From assembly GCA_045105515.1 (NCBI GenBank), contig JBGCDR010000082.1, positions 1-40,570 of the forward strand: 40,570 bases of DNA, written 5' to 3'. Below, one piece after another: positions 9,684 through 19,820 of this stretch. Made by a program: the position numbers and the translations under genes. The notes below the pieces were generated by a model, which had not been told where the DNA came from, did no database searches, and saw nothing but the letters and a program-made list of their open reading frames with translations. Position 1 is the first letter of the stretch. Each line of letters starts with the position of its first letter. Source of the stretch: Oligoflexales bacterium (lineage in GTDB: Bacteria; Bdellovibrionota_B; Oligoflexia; Oligoflexales; Bog-1112).

Positions 9684-10785
9684 TTGGATATTGGTACTCT
9701 ACAAAATTTATCTAAAGAAGTTCGAGAGCGATTTAAGCATGTTTGGGGGTATCTTTGACCTTGCTAACAAGGAGCAAAGGCTAAGAGACCTCCAAGATCA
9801 GATGGATGCAAATCCGAACTTTTGGAATAATCCGAAAGAGTCAGCTTCAGTACTAAAAGAAAAGAAGAATTTAGAGAGCTGGTTGGAAAGGTCTGAAAAG
9901 CTACAAACAAACGTTGAAGACTTACAGGCAGCCTTGGACTTAGCTCCAGAAGGCGAAGAATTTGTTGCTGAGGCTGAGCAAATATTACTTAGTCTACAGA
10001 ATGAACTTGATGAACTAGAGGTTCAAAGCTTACTTGGTGGTGAGTTAGATCAATGTTCGGCATTGTTAACCATAAATGCAGGTGCCGGAGGTACTGAATC
10101 TTGTGACTGGGCCTCTATGCTAATGAGGATGTATCTTAGACATGCCGAACAAAAAACTTGGGAAGTAGCAATTCACGATATCCAAGAAGGTGATGAAGCA
10201 GGAGTAAAAAGTGCTACCCTTGAAATTACTGGAGATTTTGTCTTTGGTTTATTGAAGGCAGAGTCAGGAGTGCATCGCCTTGTTAGAATTAGCCCCTTTG
10301 ATTCAAATGCAAGAAGGCATACTAGTTTTGCCTCAATTTTTATAAGTCCTGTTATAGATGATAATATCGAGATTGATATAAACCCAGCAGATTTGCGCAT
10401 TGATACATACAGGGCTAGTGGTGCTGGTGGCCAGCATGTTAATAGGACTGACTCAGCTGTAAGAATTACCCATGCTCCAAGTGGCATTGTTGTCCAATGC
10501 CAAAGTCAACGTTCCCAACACCAGAATAAAGATACAGCGATGAAAATGTTGCGTAGTAAGCTTTACGAGCAAGAACTCGAAGAGCGAAGAAAAAAGCAAC
10601 AAGATATAGAAGAATCAAAATCTGAAATTGGCTTTGGAAGCCAGATTCGCAGCTATGTTTTGCACCCTTACAAAATGGTAAAAGATCATCGAACCAATCA
10701 AGAAAGTCACTCACCTAGCGAGGTTTTAGATGGAGGTATCGCTCCCTTTATTAATGCCTACTTGCAGTATAGTTTGACGAAGTAG
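9684..10785 (+). CDS. prfB: Peptide chain release factor 2 (programmed +1 frameshift)
   Basis: SPF and GGQ motifs in the 9691 frame. A short first frame runs from TTG 9684 (GAGGAG upstream; in-frame ATG at 9627 is an alternative) to CTT TGA at 9753-9758, then continues +1 at GAC 9757. Confidence 0.95.
9744..9759 (+). other. RF2 programmed +1 ribosomal frameshift site
   Basis: TGGGGGTATCTTTGAC: internal SD-like G run, short spacer, CTT TGA C. Confidence 0.95.
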
Positions 10786-10847
10786 ACCTTACAGTTTATT
10801 AAGCCTTCAATAGCTCTATTAATACTTCCAATCTCTTTCTTCTCTCT

Positions 10848-10876
10848 TTGACAGCTTGCCTCGAAAGCCCTATTCT
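10848..10876 (+). promoter_or_regulatory. Putative sigma70-type promoter of the prkA operon
   Basis: TTGACA-17 nt-TATTCT about 115 nt upstream of prkA. Confidence 0.6.
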
Positions 10877-10988
10877 TTAGGTAAGAGTATTTTTTAAAAA
10901 TTGTGACTATGTTTCATTAATTGCCGGCCTGGATGAAGGCTTGATTGCAGGTAACAGTTCCCTTCCGGACCTATATCATTAGAGGTAT

Positions 10989-13055
10989 GTGATGAACGCT
11001 GAAAAACTAATTGATATTGTGACAAAAGAAGGCCTTCGGGAAAAGCATGAGGAGCTTAGTTGGAATGGCACTTTTAGTGAATACTTGGATATGGTCGTAG
11101 AAAAGCCCGAAATTGCTCGAACGGCTTTCCAGCGCCTATACGATATGGTTTCTAGCTATGGTTATGAAACCTACATTGAATATAAAAAGAAAATTACCCA
11201 TTGGAAATTTTTTGATGATCCAATGGAAAATGGTCGGGATGCGGTATTTGGCCTAGATGTTCATTTGATGAAGTTGGTCAATGTTCTCAAAGCCGGTGCT
11301 TATCAGTATGGTCCGGAAAAAAGGGTTATTTTACTCCATGGTCCCGTAGGTTCAGCAAAATCTACTATCGCAAGGCTGCTTAAAAAAGGTCTGGAATTGT
11401 ACTCGCAGAGCCAGGAAGGAGCGATGTACAGCTATGAGTGGACCAATTTAAAAGAGATTCTTGACATGGATGATTCTCTTCCATGTCCAATGCATGAAGA
11501 ACCTCTTCATCTTGTTCCTGAGTCTCGAAAGACAGCAGTTCTTGAGTCCTTAAATAAGAATCGAGATCATACACGACAGGTTCACATCGAGGGAGGGCTT
11601 TGCCCAGCTTGTCGATATATCTTCAATGAATTATTGGATCATTATAATGGTGATTGGCCTAGCATTGTGGCGAATCATATCAAAGTTAGGCGCATAGTTT
11701 TATCTGAAAAGGATCGAGTGGGAATTGGAACTTTCCAGCCTAAAGATGAGAAAAACCAGGATTCAACCGAATTAACAGGTGACATTAACTATAGAAAAAT
11801 CGCCATATATGGTTCCGATTCAGATCCGAGGGCTTTCAATTTTGACGGTGAATTTAATGTAGCTAACAGAGGAATGATAGAATTCGTCGAGGTTCTAAAG
11901 CTCGACGTTGCTTTCCTTTACGATCTCTTGACAGCTAGTCAAGAGCATAAAATTAAACCTAAGAAGTTTGCTCAAACTGATATTGATCTTGTCATTATTG
12001 GGCATACCAACGAGCCGGAATATCGCAAATTACAAAACAATGAGTTTATGGAAGCGCTTCGTGATAGAACAGTAAAAATTGATGTTCCATATATTACTAA
12101 ACTTAAGCAGGAAACGCGGATTTATCAGAAAGATTTTAATCCAAGAACAGTTCCAAATATCCATATTGCCCCTCATACTTTAGAAATGGCATCAATGTGG
12201 GCAGTTTTAACTAGGTTAGAGGAACCCAAGAAAGCTAATTTAACTTTATTACAAAAACTGAAGCTTTATAATGGTAAAACTTTTCAACACTTCACAGAAG
12301 ATAATATTAAAGAACTGCGTAAAGAAGCTGTTAAAGAGGGACTAGAAGGAATAAGCCCTAGATATATTCAAGATAAGATTTCGAACTCTTTGATTATTGA
12401 TAAAGGTGAAGGCTGTATCAATCCATTTATCGTCCTTAACGAACTTGGTAGTGGATTGAAAGGGCATTCTCTTTTAAATAACGAGGAAGTGAGAAAGCAC
12501 TACCTAGAGCTACTTTCAGAAGTAAAGCGAGAGTATGAAGATATTGTTAAACATGAAGTTCAAAGAGCAATATCAGCAGATGAGAGTGCTATTGAGAAGC
12601 TTTGTGGAAACTATATCGACAATGTAAAAGCCTATATCCAAAAAGAAAAAATAAAGAACCAATACACTGGAGCAGATGACGAGCCGGATGAACGTCTTAT
12701 GCGCTCTATCGAAGAAAAAATCGAAATCTCTGAAAGCCGCAAAGATGATTTCAGACGTGAAATTATGAACTATATTGGAGCCCTAGCGCTAGATGGAAAG
12801 TCTTTTGACTTTAGGACAAACGAGCGCTTGCATAAAGCTTTAGAGCTCAAATTATTTGAAGACCAAAAGGACACCATCAAATTAACAACCTTAGTTTCAA
12901 CGGTTGTAGATAAAGAAACTCAAGCAAAGATCGATGTAGTCAAGAATAGATTAATTAAAAATTATGGTTACTGTGAGATCTGTGCAAACGACGCATTGAG
13001 TTTTGTCGCCAGCATTTTTGCTCGGGGTGACAGTGGCACCCAAGAGAAAAAATAG
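10989..13055 (+). CDS. prkA: PrkA/YeaG family AAA+ ATPase / serine kinase
   Basis: [12 protein letters not shown]alker A variant, [47 protein letters not shown]. Start GTG 10989 or ATG 10992. Confidence 0.93.
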   Translation: MMNAEKLIDIVTKEGLREKHEELSWNGTFSEYLDMVVEKPEIARTAFQRLYDMVSSYGYETYIEYKKKITHWKFFDDPMENGRDAVFGLDVHLMKLVNVLKAGAYQYGPEKRVILLHGPVGSAKSTIARLLKKGLELYSQSQEGAMYSYEWTNLKEILDMDDSLPCPMHEEPLHLVPESRKTAVLESLNKNRDHTRQVHIEGGLCPACRYIFNELLDHYNGDWPSIVANHIKVRRIVLSEKDRVGIGTFQPKDEKNQDSTELTGDINYRKIAIYGSDSDPRAFNFDGEFNVANRGMIEFVEVLKLDVAFLYDLLTASQEHKIKPKKFAQTDIDLVIIGHTNEPEYRKLQNNEFMEALRDRTVKIDVPYITKLKQETRIYQKDFNPRTVPNIHIAPHTLEMASMWAVLTRLEEPKKANLTLLQKLKLYNGKTFQHFTEDNIKELRKEAVKEGLEGISPRYIQDKISNSLIIDKGEGCINPFIVLNELGSGLKGHSLLNNEEVRKHYLELLSEVKREYEDIVKHEVQRAISADESAIEKLCGNYIDNVKAYIQKEKIKNQYTGADDEPDERLMRSIEEKIEISESRKDDFRREIMNYIGALALDGKSFDFRTNERLHKALELKLFEDQKDTIKLTTLVSTVVDKETQAKIDVVKNRLIKNYGYCEICANDALSFVASIFARGDSGTQEKK

Positions 13056-13070
13056 GAAAGGCATATTTTT

Positions 13071-14174
13071 ATGAAAATGGAATCGGATCTTAATAGATTC
13101 CGTAAGATCGTCAGAGGAAAGATAAAGCAGGAATTAAAAAAGTATATCGCTAGTGGGGATTTAATAGGTCGACAAGGTAAGAAGGCTATTACTATACCTC
13201 TGCCGAGAATTGATATTCCCAAGTTTTCCTTCGGCTCCTCAGAAAAGTCAGGTGTTGGTCAAGGTGATGGTCAGGTCGGAGATGAAGTTGGCCAAGGTCA
13301 ACCCCAACCGGGCGAAGGCGAGGCAGGAGAGGGAGAAGGGCAACATTCTCTAGAAGTCGATGTGACCTTGGAAGACCTAGCCCAGATGCTCAGTGAAGAG
13401 CTTGAACTGCCAAACATCGAAAATAAGGGCCAAAAGAATGTAGAAGAAGAAGAAGTTAGGTACAGTGGTATTCTGAAACAAGGCCCAGAGTCACTGCATC
13501 ATTTTAAGCGGACATACAAAGAAGCGTTAAAACGTTCCATCTCATCAGGAGAGTATGATCCTGACAATCCGATTGTTATTCCCATAAAAGATGATAAACG
13601 TTATCGGTCCTTTACCGTTATTCAAAAGCCAGTTGCCAATGCGCTCATTATATACATGATGGACGTATCTGGTTCCATGGGGGATGAACAAAAAGAGATT
13701 GTTCGTCTAACTAGTTTTTGGTTGGATACTTGGCTTTCAAATCAATACAAAGGCCTAGAAAGGCGTTACATCATTCATGATGCAACAGCACGAGAAGTTG
13801 ATCACGACACATTCTACCGAACCAAAGAGTCTGGTGGAACCTTAATCAGTTCTGCATACAAGCTTGCTGTTAAGTTGATTGAGGAACAGTTTTCTCCAAA
13901 TGAATGGAATATTTATCTGTTTCATTTCTCTGATGGTGATAATTGGTCTGGTAATGATACAGCAGAATGTATGAAGCTTATGGAGAAAAACCTTCTCCCA
14001 GTTTCTAACCTTTTTTGCTATGGTCAAGTGGAGTCTCGTTATGGATCTGGTCAGTTTCTTAGAGATCTTACCAAGCAGTTTGGTGAAATTCATGATCAGG
14101 TAACTGTTGCGCAAATTAAAGATCGAGATGCGATCATGGGAGCACTCAAGACCTTTTTAGGAAAAGGTAAGTAA
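13071..14174 (+). CDS. YeaH/YhbH (DUF444) family protein with VWA-like C-terminus
   Basis: Gly-rich GVGQGDG linker, [21 protein letters not shown] (MIDAS DxSxS), [19 protein letters not shown]; follows prkA. Confidence 0.92.
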   Translation: MKMESDLNRFRKIVRGKIKQELKKYIASGDLIGRQGKKAITIPLPRIDIPKFSFGSSEKSGVGQGDGQVGDEVGQGQPQPGEGEAGEGEGQHSLEVDVTLEDLAQMLSEELELPNIENKGQKNVEEEEVRYSGILKQGPESLHHFKRTYKEALKRSISSGEYDPDNPIVIPIKDDKRYRSFTVIQKPVANALIIYMMDVSGSMGDEQKEIVRLTSFWLDTWLSNQYKGLERRYIIHDATAREVDHDTFYRTKESGGTLISSAYKLAVKLIEEQFSPNEWNIYLFHFSDGDNWSGNDTAECMKLMEKNLLPVSNLFCYGQVESRYGSGQFLRDLTKQFGEIHDQVTVAQIKDRDAIMGALKTFLGKGK

Positions 14175-14176
14175 GG

Positions 14177-15670
14177 ATGATAAATAATACAAACCTAAGT
14201 CCTCAGCTCCAAGAAATTGCAGATAATCTCGCGGAAAAGGCTAGAGAGTCTGGACTGGACTGTTTTACCACAGTCTTTGAAATGGTTGATTATAAGCAAC
14301 TAAATGAAGTTGCGGCATATGCAGGTTTTCCTACCCGATATCCACATTGGCGATGGGGTATGGAATATGAACGTCTTTCGAAAAGCTATACTTATGGTCT
14401 ATCAGTCATTTACGAAATGGTGATAAATAATGATCCCTGCTATGCTTATTTGCTTAGGTCCAACAGCCTAGTCTTTCAAAAGACCGTTATTGCTCATGTA
14501 TATGGACACTGTGACTTCTTTAAAAACAATTACTGGTTCAGCAAGACAAATCGCAAAATGCTGGATAAAATGGCAAACCATGCCACTGTGATTCGTAAGC
14601 TCATTGATGAGGTCGGCCATGATGAAGTTGAAAACTTTATTGATGTTTGCCTATCCCTCGAAAACTTAATTGATGTGCATTCTCCATTCCAGGCTGATCA
14701 CACACAATTATCCCAAGAAGAAAAAGAGCTTTTAAGTCAAAAACCGGTGTCTAAAATTTCGTCAAAGTCTTATATGGACACTTATGTGAACCCTGATACT
14801 TATCTCGAGGCTCAGAGGGAAAAGATCAGGGCTGATGCCCAAAAACAAAGTAAGTTTCCAGAACACCCCTGGCTTGATGTTTTGAAGTTTCTCATGGAGT
14901 TCGCTCCCATCACAACTTGGCAGAGGAAAATTCTAAATATTATCAGAGATGAAGCATACTATTTTGCTCCCCAGGGCCAAACCAAGATACTTAATGAAGG
15001 GTGGGCGACTTATTGGCATAGCAAAATGATGACGAAAATAGCTCCACTAGAGGTCAGTGAAATTGTCGATTATTGCGATCACTATGCTGGTGTGGTTGCA
15101 AGTCATGGGGGACAACTAAATCCTTATCGACTTGGGGTTGAATTGCTTCGCCATGTAGAGGACCGCTGGAATAAAGGGAGGTTTGGCATTGACTACCTTC
15201 ATTGTGAGGATCCGAAGGATCGTGATAATTGGGATACTGGTGCTGGTTTAGGTTTAGAAAAAATATTTGAGGTGCGTCGAATCCATAATGATTTAACTTT
15301 TATTGACGAATTTCTGGACGAAGACTTTTGTCATAAGACTAAAATGTTTATTTATGACTTTGATCCGCGAACTGGTAAATATGTGATTGCCAGCCGGGAT
15401 TTCAATCAGATCAAGCAACAACTCCTCCAGCAGCTTACTAATTTTGGAAATCCTCGTATCCGAGTGGAAGATGGCAATTTCCGTAATCGCGGAGAATTGC
15501 TTCTCAGGCACCTTCACGAAAATACGGATTTAAAGCATGAATTTACACTTGAAACTATAAAAAATCTTTACTTTATTTGGAAAAGACCCGTTCACCTTGA
15601 GACGATCGTAGAAAATGTGAAAAGGCGTATATGCTTTGATGGTCATAATCACTCGATCGAGAAAATATAG
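14177..15670 (+). CDS. spoVR: SpoVR/YcgB family protein
   Basis: GFPTRYPHWRWG, IYEMVINNDPCYAYL, AHVYGHCDFFKNN, PQGQTKILNEGWATYWH, NPYRLG. Confidence 0.93.
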   Translation: MINNTNLSPQLQEIADNLAEKARESGLDCFTTVFEMVDYKQLNEVAAYAGFPTRYPHWRWGMEYERLSKSYTYGLSVIYEMVINNDPCYAYLLRSNSLVFQKTVIAHVYGHCDFFKNNYWFSKTNRKMLDKMANHATVIRKLIDEVGHDEVENFIDVCLSLENLIDVHSPFQADHTQLSQEEKELLSQKPVSKISSKSYMDTYVNPDTYLEAQREKIRADAQKQSKFPEHPWLDVLKFLMEFAPITTWQRKILNIIRDEAYYFAPQGQTKILNEGWATYWHSKMMTKIAPLEVSEIVDYCDHYAGVVASHGGQLNPYRLGVELLRHVEDRWNKGRFGIDYLHCEDPKDRDNWDTGAGLGLEKIFEVRRIHNDLTFIDEFLDEDFCHKTKMFIYDFDPRTGKYVIASRDFNQIKQQLLQQLTNFGNPRIRVEDGNFRNRGELLLRHLHENTDLKHEFTLETIKNLYFIWKRPVHLETIVENVKRRICFDGHNHSIEKI

Positions 15671-17372
15671 GCAGATTCACTGTTCTTATTGGCCTTTTAT
15701 TCTCCTTCATAGCCTACTTGTATTGACCCTTACTAGTACATCTTTTGGGGTGGTCCGGCTAGGTGAAAAGCTACCGGTATTACAGAATCTAGGTGTAGTT
15801 CCGCTCAACTTATCCCTTAGTTTTACTGAAGATGAAGATCTTAACCGTAAGACTGAACATATCAAAACGGCATTTTCAGAAGCTGTTCGCAATTCCTCTC
15901 GTTTTCATATTTTGCACGATGAGCTCATTAATGAGCTTTGGCAAAGTTATGCAGGTCGTAAGGAACTCATTGAAGAGTATGCTTTGTCTGCATTTGCTCA
16001 CCTCAATGTTGCTCTAAATGGTGACATACTTGTGTTTACTGTCAGGATTATAGGTCCAGACCTCAAGCCTATGCTCCAAGAAAGTGAAAAATGGCTTAGA
16101 AGATATTTTATATTGAGCAGCTATGAAGCTGTATCAGATTGGATGAGTGGTCTAGTTTATCGATTAGTCAATCGAATTCCAATTGATGTCAGCGTTACCT
16201 CTGTTCAAGGAAAGTATCTGACCCTTTCAGGTGGTTTTAATCAAGGCCTCCAGGTTGGGGATGAGCTCGATTTAATCAGAGTGAAGATTAAAGCTTTACA
16301 TCCTGCTTTACACACATGGAGATCGTTCTCGACCAAAAAGCTTGGCAAGGCACGGATTGTCGAATCTAAGGAAAATGTCGCCATAGCTAGGCTAGTGCAA
16401 CTAGTAAAAGAAGACTCAGTCGAAATAGGGGATGGTGCGAAGTCGGAGGATTTGCTGACGAGATTAAGGTTTACGCGAGTCCAAAAAACAGTTGTTCCTC
16501 GAGGTTCAGACAAAAAAATTGTCGTACCGCCTCTCTACAGTCAAGCTGAATCAGAAAAGACATCACCAGCTAAAGATCAGGCTGAAATTCCTTTGCCTCC
16601 TGGATTCTCCTCCCCTGCTGAATGGCTTGCATCAGATCAAGATTCGAAGAAGGGCTCTCAAAGCAAAGCTGCAGCTGGTCAGGGTAAAGATTTTAATGAT
16701 TACTTAACTAGTCTTGCAGACGATCTCTCAGTTTCGATCGGACAGTGGGGCTGGAGTTACACTGGACCTGGTAGCACTGGTTCGAAACTTAGTTGGTACC
16801 ATATTATGAATACGGTAGGTGCAAGGATTACGCGTCGTATTATGCCCTATATAAAATATGGACTCGGAGGTGGCCTTGGCCTTGGTAAAACCCAGCGGAA
16901 CCGGGGAGCATATATTGGTTATGATGGACATGCTCGTCTCTATTGGGAAGATGAGCATTATTTATTGGACGGTTTAGTCCAAAAGTTGATGGCTGGCGGA
17001 CATGCTGCTTTTACTGGCATGGGAGTTAATAATGAGGGGTTTGGCGGATTTGATGCGATCTTAGGAGGGATCTTTTTAGGGGTAAAGGGGCAATTTGCTA
17101 TGCAAGAAACCGGCTTACCCTATGACTGGTTTCTTGAATTCAATTTAACTCCATTGTCCCTAGGCCGGGTCGGCTATGGAAACCAGACTCATTTGATTCG
17201 CTCTTCCCTTGGATGGAAGTTAATTTGGGGAACATTTCAGAACCTAGGTGCTCAACAATTGGAATGGGGGGCAGGATGGTCTTATGGAAAACATAGTTTT
17301 TTCGATGATTCTTCGACTCTGACCAGTATGAGCCAGTATTCAATTTATCTACTAGGGCGTTGGAGGTTTTAG
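15636..17372 (+). CDS. Hypothetical outer-membrane protein (FlgT-C-like region plus C-terminal beta-barrel)
   Basis: 578 aa; signal-peptide-like N-terminus; VTSVQGKYLTLSGGFNQGLQVGDELDL resembles FlgT C-terminal domains; low-complexity linker; Gly/aromatic alternating strands ending YLLGRWRF. Start uncertain. Confidence 0.6.
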   Translation: MMVIITRSRKYRQIHCSYWPFILLHSLLVLTLTSTSFGVVRLGEKLPVLQNLGVVPLNLSLSFTEDEDLNRKTEHIKTAFSEAVRNSSRFHILHDELINELWQSYAGRKELIEEYALSAFAHLNVALNGDILVFTVRIIGPDLKPMLQESEKWLRRYFILSSYEAVSDWMSGLVYRLVNRIPIDVSVTSVQGKYLTLSGGFNQGLQVGDELDLIRVKIKALHPALHTWRSFSTKKLGKARIVESKENVAIARLVQLVKEDSVEIGDGAKSEDLLTRLRFTRVQKTVVPRGSDKKIVVPPLYSQAESEKTSPAKDQAEIPLPPGFSSPAEWLASDQDSKKGSQSKAAAGQGKDFNDYLTSLADDLSVSIGQWGWSYTGPGSTGSKLSWYHIMNTVGARITRRIMPYIKYGLGGGLGLGKTQRNRGAYIGYDGHARLYWEDEHYLLDGLVQKLMAGGHAAFTGMGVNNEGFGGFDAILGGIFLGVKGQFAMQETGLPYDWFLEFNLTPLSLGRVGYGNQTHLIRSSLGWKLIWGTFQNLGAQQLEWGAGWSYGKHSFFDDSSTLTSMSQYSIYLLGRWRF

Positions 17373-17519
17373 CATTATTTCTTAAATTAATTGCTTTGTT
17401 CTCTTTTCGGAGAAAGATAGTTTTTTTGGGGAATTTAACATAAACTTGCCTCACTAAGGACCTTTCAATCTTACCTAGCTCGTTGCAATCAGTCTGATCC
17501 ACCCTCACTAAGCCACTTA

Positions 17520-17552
17520 TTAAAAAGAGAGGGGTCATAAGCCTCTTTTTAA
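17520..17552. terminator. Weak terminator-like inverted repeat
   Basis: TTAAAAAGAG-13 nt-CTCTTTTTAA between the outer-membrane protein gene and lptC; AT-rich stem. Confidence 0.3.
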
Positions 17553-17634
17553 GAGTAGGGATAGATTTCATAATGGCGACCTGGAAATAAACTGGGTAAG
17601 GGTGTAAATTTAAAGCAGCGCTTAGCTTTTTAGG

Positions 17635-18225
17635 GTGACTATGGTTAAGACCTTTATCATTGTGCTATTTTTGGGATGTTTTGGCTTTTCAATTTGGATT
17701 TTTTTGGAAAGAGATACGAGTTCTTTGAGGGAAAATATAGAAAAAGCTCCTTCACACTTAAAGCCGCGTGTCATCATGGATGACTTTCATTTAAGAAGGT
17801 ATGAGGGGCAACTGCAGCATAGCTCTTTAACCGCAGCACATGGAGCCTTTCTTGCTCCAAATAAGGTTGAGCTTTCGGGTAGTATTGAAGGGTGGAAGCT
17901 TAGTAATGAAAAAAAACAAGTTGTGAGAGCCTATGAAGCAACAGCTTATTTCCAATCTGACAACTTAGAAGAATTGATGAAGCAGGCTGAATTGGAACGA
18001 GCTACGCTATCTGGCTTTGTTGAAATCGATTACAGCGACCACTTGCTTCAGACTGAAGAAGCTGAGTATACAACAAGGGATGAGAAGATAGCAGGTACCC
18101 AATTTGTTAGGGTGGATGGACCAAATCGCTGGTTTACTGGCAAAGAGGGTTTCAGATTGTTCCTGAAAGAGGAAGTATTGGATGTTTATGGTAAAGTTCG
18201 AGGAATGCATAAACCTAATGATTAG
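17635..18225 (+). CDS. lptC: LPS export periplasmic protein LptC-like
   Basis: Single N-terminal TM, beta-rich body (LQTEEAEY, VRVDG, FTGKEGF); position before lptA-lptB. Confidence 0.7.
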   Translation: MTMVKTFIIVLFLGCFGFSIWIFLERDTSSLRENIEKAPSHLKPRVIMDDFHLRRYEGQLQHSSLTAAHGAFLAPNKVELSGSIEGWKLSNEKKQVVRAYEATAYFQSDNLEELMKQAELERATLSGFVEIDYSDHLLQTEEAEYTTRDEKIAGTQFVRVDGPNRWFTGKEGFRLFLKEEVLDVYGKVRGMHKPND

Positions 18226-18964
18226 AAATGTGCTCATTCCTCTTTTCATTTGTTTTTTGCCTCTTTGTGAGCAAATGGCGATTGCAGATTTAACCGATGA
18301 TCTTGAGGATCTGGAACCCGATAACCTGCAAAAGCAAGCCCAACCTATCCCAAGCTTGAATACTAAACAGAAGCAAAAAATGCTTCAGCAGGATACAATA
18401 ATTCTTCAGCAAGGTGACAAGAATGAACCTTCAAAACTCCCAAACAAGGATGCGAAGCCTTCTAAACTAGAGAAGGAAACCTCTAAAAAGGATCAAAAAA
18501 CAGCTAAGCCTTTCAACAATCAACAGCCAAGAGAAGGCGAAAAGAAGCTTCCTGTTATTTTTGAGGGTGATCAACTTTCTGGTATTAAGCGCCTAGGAAC
18601 CATAGAACTCCATCAGAATGTCAAGGTAAGCCAGGGCGATTTTAATCTCGAAGCAGAAAATGCCAAAGTTCTATTTGATACTAAAAGTGATGAAGTAAAG
18701 AAAGTTATCGCTAAGGGTTCTGTTAAAATGTCAAAGGTCGATCCACAGACAGGAGAGCTAATTAGAGCATATAGTCAAATTGCAGAGTTCCATGCGATCA
18801 ATCAAACCGTAGAGTTAATAGACAAGGCCAAGCTCATTAGGGGGGAAGATGTGATTAGGGGACAGGTTATTATATATGATCTCAAAACAGGGCGTCTAAA
18901 AGCAAGTAAAGTCAAAGGTGTTGTTAAGCCCCAAGAAAATCAGGACTCCGCATCCGAGGAATGA
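18218..18964 (+). CDS. lptA: LPS transport periplasmic protein LptA with long N-terminal extension
   Basis: NVKVSQGD..LEAE, VIAKGSVK, AKLIRGEDVIRGQVIIYDL OstA/LptA pattern. Likely start at ATG 18218 (signal peptide MIRNVLIPLFICFLPLC) rather than 18182. Confidence 0.82.
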   Translation: MIRNVLIPLFICFLPLCEQMAIADLTDDLEDLEPDNLQKQAQPIPSLNTKQKQKMLQQDTIILQQGDKNEPSKLPNKDAKPSKLEKETSKKDQKTAKPFNNQQPREGEKKLPVIFEGDQLSGIKRLGTIELHQNVKVSQGDFNLEAENAKVLFDTKSDEVKKVIAKGSVKMSKVDPQTGELIRAYSQIAEFHAINQTVELIDKAKLIRGEDVIRGQVIIYDLKTGRLKASKVKGVVKPQENQDSASEE

Positions 18965-19007
18965 AAAGTCTAGGAATGTCGGGTTGATTGCGTTAGAAGG
19001 ATGAAAC

Positions 19008-19733
19008 TTGGTTCAAACGTTGCGAGCAGAAAAGATATGCAAGGCTTTTAAAGGCAGGGAAGTCGTAAAATCGGTATCCTTTAGTGTAAAAACTGGGGAA
19101 GTAGTTGGTTTGCTAGGTCCTAATGGAGCAGGCAAAACCACAAGTTTCTATATGGTTGTCGGTTTACTTTTCCCAGGCTCTGGCGAGGTTTATTTAGAAC
19201 AAAATCGAATCACAGGGATGCCGATGCACCTTAGAGCTAAACAGGGTATCAGTTATCTTCCTCAGAATATGTCGATTTTCAAAAAATTGAGTGTTGAAGA
19301 TAATCTGCTTGCTATTATGGAAGTCACGAATGTACCAAGGAACGAAAGAAAGAAACTCTTACAAGACCTTCTTGGTAAGTTTCAGATTGGACACATCGCC
19401 AAATCACTAGGGGCCGCTCTTTCTGGTGGAGAACGCCGAAGGGTTGAAATAGCACGATCACTAATTATTAGGCCTAAGTTTCTTTTGCTTGATGAACCTT
19501 TCGCTGGAGTAGATCCTGTTACAGTCCAGGAAATTCAAGGTATTATTGAGTCTTTAAGGTATGAAGGTCTTGGTGTATTGATTACCGATCATAACGTGCG
19601 GGAAACTCTTGGTAGTTGCGGAAGGGCATACGTGCTTTCTGCAGGACAAATAATTGCTCATGGAAATCCTGATGAAATCTCAAAAAATCAGATTGTACGA
19701 GAGACCTACCTCGGTGAAAAGTTTAAATTATAG
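19008..19733 (+). CDS. lptB: LPS export ABC transporter ATPase LptB
   Basis: GLLGPNGAGKTTSFYM, LSGGERRRVEIAR, LLDEPFAGVDP, LITDHNVRETL, YLGEKFKL. Confidence 0.97.
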   Translation: MVQTLRAEKICKAFKGREVVKSVSFSVKTGEVVGLLGPNGAGKTTSFYMVVGLLFPGSGEVYLEQNRITGMPMHLRAKQGISYLPQNMSIFKKLSVEDNLLAIMEVTNVPRNERKKLLQDLLGKFQIGHIAKSLGAALSGGERRRVEIARSLIIRPKFLLLDEPFAGVDPVTVQEIQGIIESLRYEGLGVLITDHNVRETLGSCGRAYVLSAGQIIAHGNPDEISKNQIVRETYLGEKFKL

Positions 19734-19820
19734 CATTTATAAATATTTCTAAAGCCTACTTTCGGTTCGCATTTCTTACCTGTATATTATAGCTGTTTGG
19801 ACAAACAATCGGAGAGATGT

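Noticed and set aside
10900..10920. CRP-like site TGTGA-N6-TTCAT upstream of prkA
   Set aside because: The second half-site matches poorly in an AT-rich context.
17449..17512. Direct repeat CCTCACTAAG (17449-17458 and 17503-17512)
   Set aside because: Only two 10-nt copies, not CRISPR-like, and plausibly chance.
17140..17571. 143-aa minus-strand ORF between the outer-membrane protein gene and lptC
   Set aside because: Overlaps the outer-membrane protein gene antisense by more than 200 nt and has no recognisable motif. A small gene cannot be fully excluded.
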